Of a stretch of 64,000 bases of DNA, positions 23,937-37,272 are shown piece by piece; position 1 is the stretch's first letter, and each line of letters begins with the position of its first letter. A model generated the notes under the pieces. The model saw only the letters and a program-made list of their open reading frames with translations. It did no database searches and was not told the DNA's origin. The translations under genes were made by a program, and so were the position numbers. Source of the DNA: Bugula neritina (taxonomy: Eukaryota > Animalia > Bryozoa); assembly GCA_964035545.1 (NCBI GenBank), contig OZ037768.1:8712741-8776740 (forward strand), read 5' to 3'.

Positions 23937-26900
23937 ATAAGTATGTATCTATAAAATAGTTGTTCAACATATTTTTGTATCTAAATGTTCCATGTTGGGA
24001 AGGGAATTTGTTAAATATTGGCAAAACTATGCATGGACATTCAAATTCAGCATATGTCTATTGAAAATTTCCAGTTTTTTGTGACTAAACTATGCTATTG
24101 CAGAAACTGCTCTATTTTTTGCACTTTAACCACCTTCTCATTAATCTATGTCTTATCAACATAGATCTGATATTAGTCAGTACTCATCCAACCATCTTGC
24201 CTCAGTATGTGATTATCTATCTTTTAAATGACCTTTGGCTCAACGCTCTATGTGAGCTCATTCATGTTATCACATACAATTATTTTATATATGTGACTGC
24301 TGGAAAATGATAAAGCTGGTCACTATGAACTTCTATGTATTCTTCACGCATAAAAAAATGCTCATGCAAGTTTATGTAAAGGGTTTTTGTTTAAATGAGG
24401 CACAGGAGCAATTATGACTGGATGCTCTTCCTAACATCACCGATGGCCTTCGTTCAGGCTGAAACCCGTGACCTCTAACCCCTAGGGCTGCTCCCTATGA
24501 ATGCTTAAAGCATGTCTAATAATAAAACAACTGTCTCCTGACTCGTTCATTGACAAACCTAGGCTACTCATTATGTGTTCATTGAGCTCACATGGTAGTC
24601 CATTACTGAATATACTTTGGCTGGTGTACTGCTATAAAAGTATCAATTTCTTGAATAAGAAATGTTTCATCTCTTTGTGCAACCAGAACCACCAAAGTGA
24701 ACTTCACTTATTTGATCTGTCTCATATTCATCAAACTGCATGATTTACTGAGTACAACAGTTGCTTTTTGTCAAAATTGCATTCCGTAGTGAATATTGTA
24801 TATATAATCACACTGCTTTAGCATGCTAGCCTGGGAGTTTTATATAATATATTTACATAGTGTGTGGACTTATACCTTATAAATACAGCACTTGAAATCA
24901 AATACATATTTGCTGTAAATGACACAGCAATCTGATTTCTAGAAAATGTTTTTATTGTTTCAAGTAGTACATTATATGTAAGGTTTCTAATCAAGACTCC
25001 ATTTATTATCAACTGTGCTGCAAGCCACGTTGGTGCATTTATCTACTGTAATCTGGCGTTGGTTAAAATTTTAACATGACTCATAGAAAGAGCATTCCTC
25101 AAAACTTGTTATCTATAAATCATAAAACCAGTTATAAGGAAAAATATTTTATAGCGGCTGATCAAACTTGTGTGTTTATGAATTTATCTATTCTAAAAGT
25201 GCAACAACCTATGAAGTAGGCCTATTACAAAAATCATTACACTTCAATCACTAAAGAGCCAGTATAAGTGTATTCTTAGAACAGGATTAGCCTTATTTTG
25301 TTACTAATACTTGAGGCCTGTATAGTCGTCTTTTCTATTGCTTAGACAGTTATGCAGATGTTCATTTCGTTTCCTTGGCTGTTTTGCTGACATCAGCGTA
25401 ATTTCTTTTCATTGAATTAATACTTGCTGTTGCTAGTCAACCCAACCTAATTCTTTGAATTAATTGCTGTAGATTCTAGAGCCACTACTTTTGTTACCAA
25501 CACAATGGCCACTGAAGATTATGGCTTACTCTACCATTACTCTTAACATTGAGTGTTCATGGAAAAGCTGGTAAGTATTTACAAGTGATTGGAAGTTTAT
25601 GTTTATGTACATTGTTTCTGCTGCTCTGTTTCAATATTTAGTTGTTGGTATATAAGATTGTGTAAATACATGAAGTGCATCTCACTGTACATGGAGGACG
25701 TTAGAAGATGCTGTAACTTGTAAGATACTATAAAACTGTAATACTGCTGAGTTTTATAGGTATACTCTACTATTAATTTTCACTTGGGAATCAAACTACA
25801 ATTAAAATTTATATTTACATTTCGAAACTCTAAAACCTAATTGCAAGATGAAGTTTGGCAGAGCAAGCGTTAGCAAAATATGGAATACTGTCCAAACTCA
25901 TAATCATACTGCCGCCTTAGTTTTCCAATATGAAACTCAAGTCATATTTATTTTCTCATTAAAAGTTAAGGAGCCAAGCCAGTATAGAATTTACCCGGAA
26001 GCCTAGCTGTATGACACTGTTATGTTTTTGTTGCTATTTTTAGGGTGGTTGGCAGCAACTGCTAGTGCTAACCTTTAAATGAACTGGCATATGTATATGT
26101 ATATAATTTTGTAAAAGCAACTGCTATTCTCCAGTAGTTTGAGGTCCAAGTACATATTAGATAGCCTATGGTGATAAATTCTCTACTAAAGTTTAACACA
26201 GGCTACTTGTCCATACTATTAAGGTTTATTGCATAATATATATTAGACTAACAAATGCCCTACTACCTAGTTACATTATTATTAGCAATAAATGTATTCA
26301 TCTGTATGTTCGTATGGTTCTATAATATCATATACCTAGTTATGAAAATGATAATGCTATTATAATATTATAATCATTCATACACGAGTAAATACAATGG
26401 CTTGTAATATAATATGGGGTATTGTTAAATGTGCAAAGGGGAGTGTAGCCACAGCGCATCTAACTGCAAGATAAGCAGTATAAAAGCATATCACACTATA
26501 TTGAAGCTTGTTTATGCGTAGTAATGTTTATGTCACATTGAAGGCTTTCAACGCTACTATCTCACTGGTAACTTGCAAGCTGTTGCATTGGTGCTAAGCC
26601 CTGTGCCCTAGTTTTTATTTATTGGGGGCCTTTCCCTAATTACCCTGATCATAACGATAAATTTTTTCTTTACCTTCATATGCAGGCATCTGCTAGATAA
26701 CCTGGAGCTTTAAAACCTTTTGTAAATATAGTTATCTAAGTTTAGCTCTCAATGTTTGTTTGATAAGTGCTAGCCATACTCTAATAACCTTATCTCTAGT
26801 TGTTTTGTTCTTCAGTCGTGAAGTGAGACCTAGAGCAGGAGCAGGCACAGAACAGGTAACTTTTTTATTTTCAAGCAGGGCATAAAAAGATCAGTATTTC

Positions 26901-27353
26901 GTTACCCTATCTTGGCTCTGCCTATTAGGCACAAAAGTGAAAATTTATGCTCATGTATGATGTCTAACCTTTAGTTTAGCATATTTCATTTCTTAGACAG
27001 TTGCTCACGCTGCAAGCCTTTGTTGTAACTGCTATTACATCAGCTTAACCTACCTTAGCTATAGAATAAATGTTGACTTAAGTTATTCAAATGAGAGAAG
27101 AATTAGGAGTACTGAATTGCAGCGTGTAGAGTTTCAGGGTACTTATTAAGCACTACCTGTTTAAAAGTTGTGGGTTTTTGTTAACTTCCTTTGCTACCAG
27201 CAATTTTTCATTCACTCAATCTGCTTAAAGGTTTTTCTCAAGTAATTCCACAAATATCTTCAATAGTTTTATTGGGCAGACTTTAGGATGGCTGTAACTT
27301 TATATTGTTGTAATTTCAGAACTTAACTGTCAATAGTCAACAGGTACTCCATC

Positions 27354-30010
27354 ATGTCTTCTGAGAAATATGTGGATGACCCGGGTCAGGAGTCTCATCC
27401 TATGAGTGAGAAAGCTGAGGTTAGTTTCTAAGCTTTTGCTGCTTTTAGTGTTACAGAACTTTTACTTTATATTTTCTCATTTTGGATTTTTTAAACTAAA
27501 CTTTGGATAGTCTTGAGTGGTCTACCACGTATTTATATTATTGAAAAAATGTTTAACAATATGTTTTTCTTTATATAAATGAGAAAATATGACAATTATA
27601 CTTTTAGGGTAGAGAAACGTCAATCTATAGAAATAATGAATCGTCTCAGAAACGAGCCAGACAACTGAGATGTTGGAAGATTACCACCATAATATTCATT
27701 GTAATTTCTATTATATTACTAGTGTCTGTGATTGTCTTGGCCACAGTATTCAAGGGTGGTAGTGCTAGCGTAGCAAATCCTAGCACAGGTGCTGTTAGAG
27801 TAGATCCAAATGCAGATAAAATGAAAAGAGCATGCGCTAGTAGTAGAAAAATTACCGATCAAAAGTTACTGCAAAGTGAAAAACTGTTTGGTGGTATTAC
27901 TCCTGATGAGTCTAGCGCAGTCATTGAGTATATGCTACAGCAAAGCTCATTACGGTTGAAGAGGTCCAATATGTCTAAACTTGATGATAACTATATCTTT
28001 TCAATTGAAGACGTTCTGCCATCTAAATCAGATGTCCTCAAATGGTTGGATGGAACAACTCAACTTGTCCCAGAAAGAAAAGCAAGAGTAGTGCTGTTCA
28101 TGGGAGAAACTCGCACCATTAGAGAGTACTTGGTTTCACCAGTGCCCAATCCCCAACGACATGAAGAGTTGCTTGCTAACAAATTATCCTGGCAAGCTCG
28201 GCCAGTGTGTAATACCGTCGAACACCCCTTGGTGTCAAAGTATATTGTTGAACAACTTGAGGCAATTGCAGATGTTTTTCTACCTAGCTTCGCCAAAGAT
28301 TGTTCAAAAGTAGCAGACTGTGTTTACATGAATGTGGCTCCAAGAGCAGCCATAGATTCTACTGACCGTCATGTCATAGCTTGGTTTTTTATTTCTCCTT
28401 TTAAAATGATCGATTATTATTTGTATGCACTTCCATTTTATATCGTTATTAGAACTCCATCCAACAGCGTCAACTTTGAAATAGCAAAAGTGTATTATAA
28501 TGGTCGTACATTTAATTCACTCGCTGATTTAAAAGATGAGTATCATAAAAACTCTAACATACGTTACAAACATCCTAATCTAGATGCTAAGGGTTTGGGA
28601 TTCGGTTCACCTCAGCGTGTGTTGCTAGACGATACCATTGACCAGAAGCGGAGGCCTCCTGTTCAGTATCATCCGGACGGTCCCAGAATGGCGGTCAGCG
28701 GTTCAGCTGTAGAATGGCTTGGGTGGTCATTTAACATTCACCCTCGTACTGTGACCGGTATACAGCTATTCAATGTTCAGTATAAAAAGGAGAGAATTGC
28801 TTATGAATTAAGTATGCAAGATATTTTGGTTCTTTACTCTGGCGGTGCTCCTGATGATTACTTTAAAAGTTATTTTGATAATGGGTGGAGTATTGGTGCT
28901 GCGAGCACACCACTAGTGAGAGGTGTTGATTGTCCACAAGATGCTGTTTACATGAATAGTAACACTTACAGTGTCGGCGAAGACCAAGGTGTTTCAATAA
29001 ACGACTCAATATGCATATTTGAACATCGAAACTCTATTCCATTACACAGACATTACTCTTCTTCTTTCCTTGATGGCTCATATCGATATGCATTTAGTAT
29101 GCCTGACTCTGTGCTTATTGTTAGACAAATACTTACTCTGTGGAACTACGATTATATTTTTGATTATGAGTTTCATCAAAATGGTGCAATAGAGCTGAAA
29201 GTTTCTTCCACCGGATATGTAGCAGTTACCACTAACTTAGATGGGTCTACTATTAGTCACGGCTATGTCATAAATGATGGCTGGAAAGCTACAGCAAATT
29301 TGCATCAACACATTTTTAATTTCCGTCTTGATCTTGATATTGATGGAATCAACAATAATTTCAAAACAATTGATATTTCAAAGACAACACCAACAAAGCA
29401 TGACTTTTCTGGAGCTAAAACCTGGTCACAGATAATTATGCAGGAATCAGTGATTGACAATGAGCAAGATGCTGCTATTCGTTATGACTTTTCTCGTCCT
29501 AAACTTTATGTTATGTATGATGACAAAACGTCTAAACAGCGTGGATATAGAATTCAGAGCAACAACTTTCATAATCCTGTTTTGTCAGACTCATCACCAT
29601 TGCTGGCAGGCGGAGCTTCATGGACCAAATACCAACTTGCCGTTACCAAGTTTAATGAAAGTGAAACAACCACAGCGTCAGCATTTGTACAAGGTGATCC
29701 ATTTAACCCAGCAATCAATTTTGACGATTTTATAGAAAACAATGACAAGTTAACAAACGAGGATCTTGTTGCGTGGGTTACTGTTGGTTTGCATCACATA
29801 CCAACATATGAAGACTTGCCAGTAACCACTACTCCTGGTAAAACGCTGTCTGTAGTTTTGGCACCATTCAACTACTTTGAACGAGACCCTGCAATACATT
29901 CCAGAGATGCTGCTGTGTTTTGGCATGAAGTGATACAAAAGCCTGATGGTATTCTTTACCGAAATGATACTTGCTTAGTGCCCAATGTCAAGCCTTCAGT
30001 CTACCCATAA
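27354..30010 (+). CDS. Copper-containing (TPQ) amine oxidase, type II membrane; copy 2, ~822 aa
   Basis: Exon 27354-27419 (22 codons) plus exon 27608-30010. TM helix, YFDNGW, TLWNYDY, HQH, GLHHIP; clear paralog of copy 1. Confidence 0.93.
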
Positions 30011-31341
30011 GGTCTTGTCTGTGAATCTACCAAGTCCTCCTGTGTTGTAATATGATTCATGTTATTTCTAAACTGATTTGTAGCCAACTTTTACTAGCCA
30101 ATTTGTTTTCCTTTTTGATTATAGTCACACTGAATGTAAATTAGATAATCAATTATAACATTTCATTAACTTTTTTTATAACCTATATACTATGCATATG
30201 ATTATATTTTTGATTCTGTAATAATTTGATACAATAAAGCTGCTACTTTTAAAATTTTACTGAATGTGTTATGCCCTGAGATCTACATTTCAAGTGTGCA
30301 ATGCATGACCTTTTCTATGTTAGGTCAACTTTTGAATAACACATGCTGCATACTGTGACATAGTCTCTTTCTAGGGTTGAATGTCGGTTACTTAGTCTTG
30401 AACCTGATGGCCTTGCTGCTGTGCAATTAGCCCTTTTTTCTTTGTGGTAAAAGACATGCTTATTACTTTATATTTTAATCATTTTGTTCTATTTGTAATA
30501 ATTACATGCATAATAATAAATTTAAACAAGCAACCAATCACCAGCACTATAAAATCAGGGAACTTGAGTTTTTCTACTGCAGCAAAAATAAAAATACACA
30601 TTTATAGTGAAACATAAATATTCTAAAAGTTAAGCTTCAGATGTCAGGTAAAGGCTGTTGGTGAGAATGGCTTATAGCATAAACACCTTACTCAAGTTTC
30701 TACAAGCAAAGTTTGCTATTCTAAACATAACCCAGGGGTTACAAGCAGATGTAACTCGTTCTTTGCTTGCTTTGCTTTAGTCTGTAGTTGAGGGCAGAAC
30801 AATTATTTAATGTTAGGACAACATGATAAAACTGATAAACAAAGCGCACATAAAAGGTTAGTTTTCCTTCTATTACAAAGCAAAAAATTTTCAACTATGA
30901 CCTCAGTTCAAAATTATCTACAATGGCCTACTTGGCTTACAGCCTTCATGATACTTCCTGTATGATGGGGTTAGCAGCTGTTGATTCTTTTCTTATCTAC
31001 TGCTGCTGGGTATAGCATAACATGCTATCTCACTCTTTGCAGTGGTGGAACAAGCTAATAATCCAACTTCACGTTACTATTTTTTTTCAAATATTTAAAA
31101 CATTGTGTTGGTAAAACTAAAACTTAGATCTACTGGCCAATAATTTAAATCCTTTTACCACAATTTATAATGTTATCTTTAAATTTAAAAAGTTATGCCT
31201 AAATTCTAGAATCAATATAAACTTTTTGTTCTTATAAACTACCCCTAACAATTCACCTCTGTCTTGTTAGGCCTGTTATTAATATTTTATGTAAATATGT
31301 TCAGCAGTTTGACATACTCTGGTGCTGCATAGCTTACAAGC

Positions 31342-33570
31342 ATGGCTTACCAAAAGATCCTAGTTAGTGCTCTAGTCTTTGTAGCACTTGTTTCTTGTAC
31401 CCATGCTGCTTTTGGAAGATGGCCAGGTTAGTGCAATAGATTTTCTAACACGAGAGCAGCATATGGTAGTAACATAATATAGTACAATAAAAGAATCTGA
31501 AAATCTAGTAATTGACATTTTTGTAGAGCTCTTACATATAAATAACAAAGTGAGTTATAGACCAATTTTTTTCAGTGCACTTTCTTTGCACCTCTTTGAC
31601 ATACATATAGCTAGATTCTATAGAATGTAAAAGCTGACCAGAAGGGAGGGGGAGACTAACAAACTTCTATAAGCAGGCCATAGGCTGTAAATAGGTCTAC
31701 GTTATCAAATGGGTGCATCATAGCATTGCGTGTGCAAACTGAGCTTTGGACAATAAGAGTTGAAACAAGTACACCAATGTCTACTAAATTTTCTGAAAAA
31801 GACTTTCATCCTGCATTTGTTAGAGCTGGCGTCATTTACAATGTTGTTGGTGGGCTTACAATGTTGTTGGTGGGCGGCCATCTGGGATTTGTACTGTTTC
31901 TATCTCAGCTACAGGCAAATTATTCTCAACATATTATATCTAACAAATGCTCATATTGGGTCAAGGAACAACTTCATCTATTGCAATTATCTTCTAAAGC
32001 ACATTAGTCACTGAAAAAAGTTGTTTGCACTCATTGTACTGGTACTAAGTTTGATCAAATCTGTATGCTACATGCTACAAATGAGTAAATATAGATTTAT
32101 TGCTGTTTATTTTCCTCAAACTTATCAGTAAATCCAAATGTGATGCAGTCCCCAGTTTCAACTGAGATGGTTTTATATTCAAAAGTCAAGCTGAGCTGTA
32201 TTTCAGCAATTTGACTATCTATACTATTCTTTCTAGCGGCCATTCTTTCAGCATCAAAAACCCACATGACTCTTAATATTCACAAAGTTTTACACTATGT
32301 ACTGAGAGCTCTTGAAAATTTGAACAGGTTTCTTTAGAAATTTTACGAAGTTATATTTTATTTCTGCTTTGTTCAAAATGCTTTCTTTAAATTTAAAGAT
32401 ATAACTATAAAAAATTTAACATATATAAGAGAATCAAACCGTTGATATTAACAATGTTATTTTATATGTCATTTGTTGCGTAAAACTGTTTGCAGTTTCT
32501 TTCTACTCGAACACATTCGATCTAGAATAAATGCTAACATTTATTAAAATACTCATAATAAAAATACATTGTTATCTAAATTAGAAAACAAGCCACAATT
32601 TTTAAAATAATATCACTCTTTAAACTAAAAATATCTTTTAACAAAATTTAATTAGGAACCAAGTGGTGTGGTCTGGGTACAGATGCTGCATCATACAATG
32701 ACCTTGCGAGTGGCAGCTATCTTGAGACAGACAAGTGCTGCCGAGCCCACGATCATTGCCCTCACCTGATTCCACCTTTCAAAAACAAATACGGAGCTTT
32801 CAATTGGAACTTGTTTACCATGTATGTATATGTGCCCATTCTATAAAATTTAAACTTTATTATTAACCTAAGTATTTTTCCTATTTGTATGTTCGTGTGC
32901 TAATTGAAATTTCTGTATCAATATTTTCTGCTATCTGTGCATTGTATTTTGGCCACAACATTAACCTAATTTATAAATCGAATGAGTCATATATGTTTAC
33001 CAGTATTTCTATGCTAAGTTGGTGTCAAGCTTAAAACTCAATTTTATTTTGATACAGAGTTGATCAGTTTGAACCTTGATACTTTCTAAGGTCAAGCAAT
33101 TTTATACGAACTGATTATTCAATAGAACCAAGTTTGCATGAGAAACTTTAAGATAACATGGAAAGTGATTGAATGCATTTTGCTCATTCTAAAATATAAG
33201 TTATCGTTCTTTAGTTTATTTGTCGGATTAAAAGATGAACAGCTCTCTTCATTTTGATAAAAGCACAATAATGTAAATAGAGATATCTCACTTGTCTAAC
33301 CCTCCACTTGTAGATAAACTAATCCTTCGCAGGTAATCAACTATAATATATTATATGTTGTTTTTTATGACCAGGTTCGATTGTCAGTGTGACAGAGCCT
33401 TCTATGAATGCCTACACCAGCAAGCTAGCTCAGATGTGGCAAAGGCAGTTGGAATATTGTATTTCGATAAATTGCAGAAGAAATGTTTTGACTATAAAAA
33501 TGGAACAGCTACTTCTAAAATCTATAAAACGCCTTCATATATAAGTGGGGCTTGGAGCATTCCTTCATAA
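31342..33570 (+). CDS. Secreted phospholipase A2, group III (bee-venom type), 3 exons, ~148 aa
   Basis: Exons 31342-31426, 32656-32821, 33375-33570. Signal peptide MAYQKILVSALVFVALVSCTHA; Ca loop PGTKWCGLG; active site DKCCRAHDHC; CQCDRAFYECL; VGILYF..KCF. Confidence 0.92.
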
Positions 33571-34572
33571 TTCCGATAATATTTTTATACATAATTATTT
33601 ACCAATGCAAATATATTTGCTTATATAAAAGCCACTAATTATATTGTCAATATATTATATTAAAATATGTAACCATGACACCAAATGTGCCTAATATTCA
33701 AGTATCATTTAGCAGCCTTAGCTTCAACTTATGACTCCTAATTCGACAAGAAAAAATTATAACTATTTGCAACTCTTTCACCATTCTGTGAGTTAAACTC
33801 AGCTCAAGCAATACAAGCAATTATTTGTATTAAGAGAATGCAACCTGCAATTTTGTTTCATTGAAGTATAAGCTATACTGGATATACTATCCCCATAACT
33901 TAAATCAGTAAATCTTATCAAGTATAGCTACAAGTATGTAATACCTTGTATTTGAGGTCTTGAAATCATTAGTTAGACTTTAATTAGTAATTACACACAT
34001 AATAAATAGTAAATATGCTTGTATAACCTCATAAAATGTTATTTACAACCTAGTCAAGTTTTTGAGAAACTATGGGGGGGGGGGAGGTTATTACACATCA
34101 AGTAGCTTGCAACCAGTCACATGTTGCAAGGCTTTAACTTCTCTCAGGCTGAAACACCAGCGAGGTGTTGTTTGAGGTAATTCTGGAATAGTAGCCTTTT
34201 GTATAACCATAAGGTCAAGAGGGTTCCTCAGGCAAGTTAACCTCAATAAAGAGCAGTAAATAACTGAAGAAGAGAGGCAGAAGGAGCAAGGAGCTGAGAT
34301 TCTAATGCTAATTCTAGGTTCTACCTAGTACCAGCTTTTTCATTTCTTATACCGAAAAATGTCTCAAACGACTCATATTTGAAAGGCAGCAAGCTGAAAA
34401 TTTCATATTTTTTGGAACTAAAAGTACAAGACATTTTGTGCAGAGTAAGCAGTCCCCCCCCCCCAACAATGGCCGTTCTTCCTGGTAGATTTTCTACCGA
34501 AAGTATTTCAGGTAATTCAGTACATTGCTAGGAGAATACTGGTGCATTATCCTGAAATTATTACATGCATGG

Positions 34573-34946
34573 TGTAATGGTTGGGAGAAATATACCCTTC
34601 AGTGTCCCCTGCTAAACATGACACTATAGATTATGGTGAAACTAACGTCAAGGACAGCAACTCCGCAAACCCTTGCCACATGTCTATGCGGTGCCCTGTT
34701 AGTAACTACGGATGACACCACCTGAACCCTGTGTCATTCAACCAGGATCCACTCTGTATATATAAACAATGCCTTCCGGCGCCCACAGCAGTTTTGGACA
34801 GTAGTAGTGGATAACTAGTTGACTACATGCAACGCTTGATACTTATGTTGTTTTTCTCGTTGTATTTGTGATTGTTTTCGTTGTATGTAATTAACTATAA
34901 TACCGATATTAATAAAACGATCAACTAACTCAGATACTTCTATAAC
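34573..34946 (+). mobile_element. Possible degraded solo LTR
   Basis: Starts TGTAATGG like the 23488 candidate, is GC-richer than its flanks, has TATATAAA near 34760 and AATAAA at 34911. No clean CA end or TSD found. Confidence 0.3.
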
Positions 34947-35770
34947 CTCGCAAGTAGAGATGCAGTAAATACCAGCACACAATAATACCCAAATCAGTAG
35001 TGCACAAAACTACAACAATACACATCCACTATATCTGTGTAGAGTAGCTGGTTTAGGATTTATCTTCTCGTTAGCAAAATGTGGCTCACATCCTCACTAA
35101 TCTTTCTACAAAACTAGCATATATTTGAGGAGAGTGATTTCAAGCTAGGAAGCTCTAGTAACTATAAATTATGAGCCTTGTAAAATGCCAAGCAGCTTGA
35201 ATCTAAAATCTTGGTTAGAGAGCTTGATCATAGAATGTTCATAACAAAATTAGCTTCAACAATGTAAAATATGCACTCAAAGTTAATGCAGTATTTATTT
35301 TGGTAAAACATGCACCAGCTTAATAATATAAAGTTGGCTTGCATTGTATTTTAGATGTATCCTATATGACCTATAAAGACATGAACTACGACAATAGCAG
35401 TAGGTACAATAATCATAATATATACCATGAAATATTTATTGAGATACTTGATAACTTTTTGCACTGGTTTATTTCCTTAAAGTTACTGAAATGTTACATT
35501 TGTGAAGCAACCTTTTAAAATTGCTAAAGAGCAAACCGAAATATAATTTTACAATATTGCTTAATACACTGAACAATACTAGTGCATCATATGGGTATGC
35601 ATTGTACCCTCTAAACCTGGTATCTGATAGCAATGCATGTGACCAAGGAGATGGCTGTTATAACGGCTCTGTTATCGCCATATGGTAGTCCCCATGACAT
35701 GTGGAACTGAATCTGTAAATATGTTACACAGACATTACATCATTTGTTGGTCAATAAAGCAGCTGACAAA

Positions 35771-36609
35771 ATGAGGGTTCTGGCTATCATTGCTTGTGTG
35801 ATTGCTGTCGCTGCGGTAAGATTATCCCATGTTGAGGTGTGACCAGAAAAGCAATGTAAAATTTGTTTGGAATCTTTTTTGACCAGATAAATTTACTGTT
35901 TTTATTTAAAATAGTCATACATGCTGTCAATCCTGATTTTCTGAGTTGCTTAGAAAAACTCTTTTCCTATTCAAAGATGTCTTCAAAATTTGCTTGCAAC
36001 AAATTTTCACAATATTTGGAAAAAGTTTAAATAGTTGAACATGATTTGGGTCACTAAAATATTTTTAGTTTGCCGGAAGTCACAAAACTCCACAGGTATA
36101 TTTCTAACTACCTTTGCAAGATGTTTCTATGTGTTAGAGAGTACATCAAAACATAATATTGTATTGGCAGGCTTACAAATCCTGTAAGACAGACAAGGAT
36201 TGTGGCGAGACAGAGTGCTGCATCAAAAACCCACTCCGCGTTCTCAGATATGGCAGGTGCTACCAACATCAAATAGTTGAGGGTGAGTGAATAAACATTT
36301 TATAATTACGGATGAAAAATAAACCCTGTAAGTAGGCAACACATCTTAACTAATAAAAGTTTTGAACTAATAAGATATGACCTGTAGTCGATGTTTGTGT
36401 TATTCTGTGTAGGTGAGTCATGTGACCCAGCTTATGAAGGGCATTGTGGGTGTGAAGATGGCACAGAATGCATGGCAACAACAATCACACAATTTAACAT
36501 CCCGGTATATCAGTGTCTGAAACCAGTTGAAGGCTCAGGAGAGGGTTCAGGAGAAGGTTCGGGTGATGGTTCAGGAGATGGTTTAGAAGGAGAGATTATT
36601 TTCGGATAA
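35771..36609 (+). CDS. Small secreted 10-Cys colipase/prokineticin(astakine)-fold protein with acidic Ser-Gly tail, 3 exons, ~117 aa
   Basis: Exons 35771-35815, 36171-36282, 36413-36609. Signal MRVLAIIACVIAVAAA; C-x5-C-x4-CC-x12-C-x10-C-x7-CxC-x5-C-x14-C; tail EGSGEGSGEGSGDGSGDG. Confidence 0.85.
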
Positions 36610-37272
36610 ACCTAGCAGATATGTGTCGGATTGTATTGTGCTAAATACATCTAATAAATACATCTGCACACCCAACGACTGTTTGTTGCATAAATACTTC
36701 AATACTTCAACTCATAAAAATGTTTATTAATGAAAATTTATTTAAAAAACTATAACAAATAAAATACAAGCAGCAATATTTTAGAATCAAAACTATTTAT
36801 CATGCCAAAATGATATACAATAAATAGAAAAGAGAAATTCCTTTGCAATACAACCTGGTTGAGATTCAAATATGAGCTTGCAGAGCTATAATAATATAAT
36901 TATTTATACCATATTGTAACCATATACCCTTGGAATAAAACATGACACATTTTATACACAATAAAAATCGATAAAACACAATAATATGATGAAAGGTTTT
37001 CAGAAGATATGTTGATGGTCTGTGGCAGGAGCGTATGATGAGTATGCCTTGTACAATCTAAAATACAGCATAACAACAATATAATTAACTGAAAATTAAT
37101 AGATGGAAGTGTTTTCAAAATTCCAGGTTTGCCACTTTAAACTTAAAACTCAATGGTAATACAATAAAGTACAATATATGAAAGCAGAAGTTTTATCTCA
37201 AACTAATAATTAGAGCTCGGGCTACGGAAAACTAGCATAATTTTGTAGCATTATTTTCTAACACCAACTTAC

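Noticed and set aside
20588-30010. Bacterial horizontal origin of the intron-poor amine oxidases
   Set aside because: The type II TM anchor, GVDCP..ICxFE motifs and host-like AT content fit animal AOC family members better.
34074-34464. Poly-G and poly-C runs ~380 bp apart as possible terminal inverted repeats
   Set aside because: Complementarity does not convincingly extend beyond the homopolymers, and there is no TSD.
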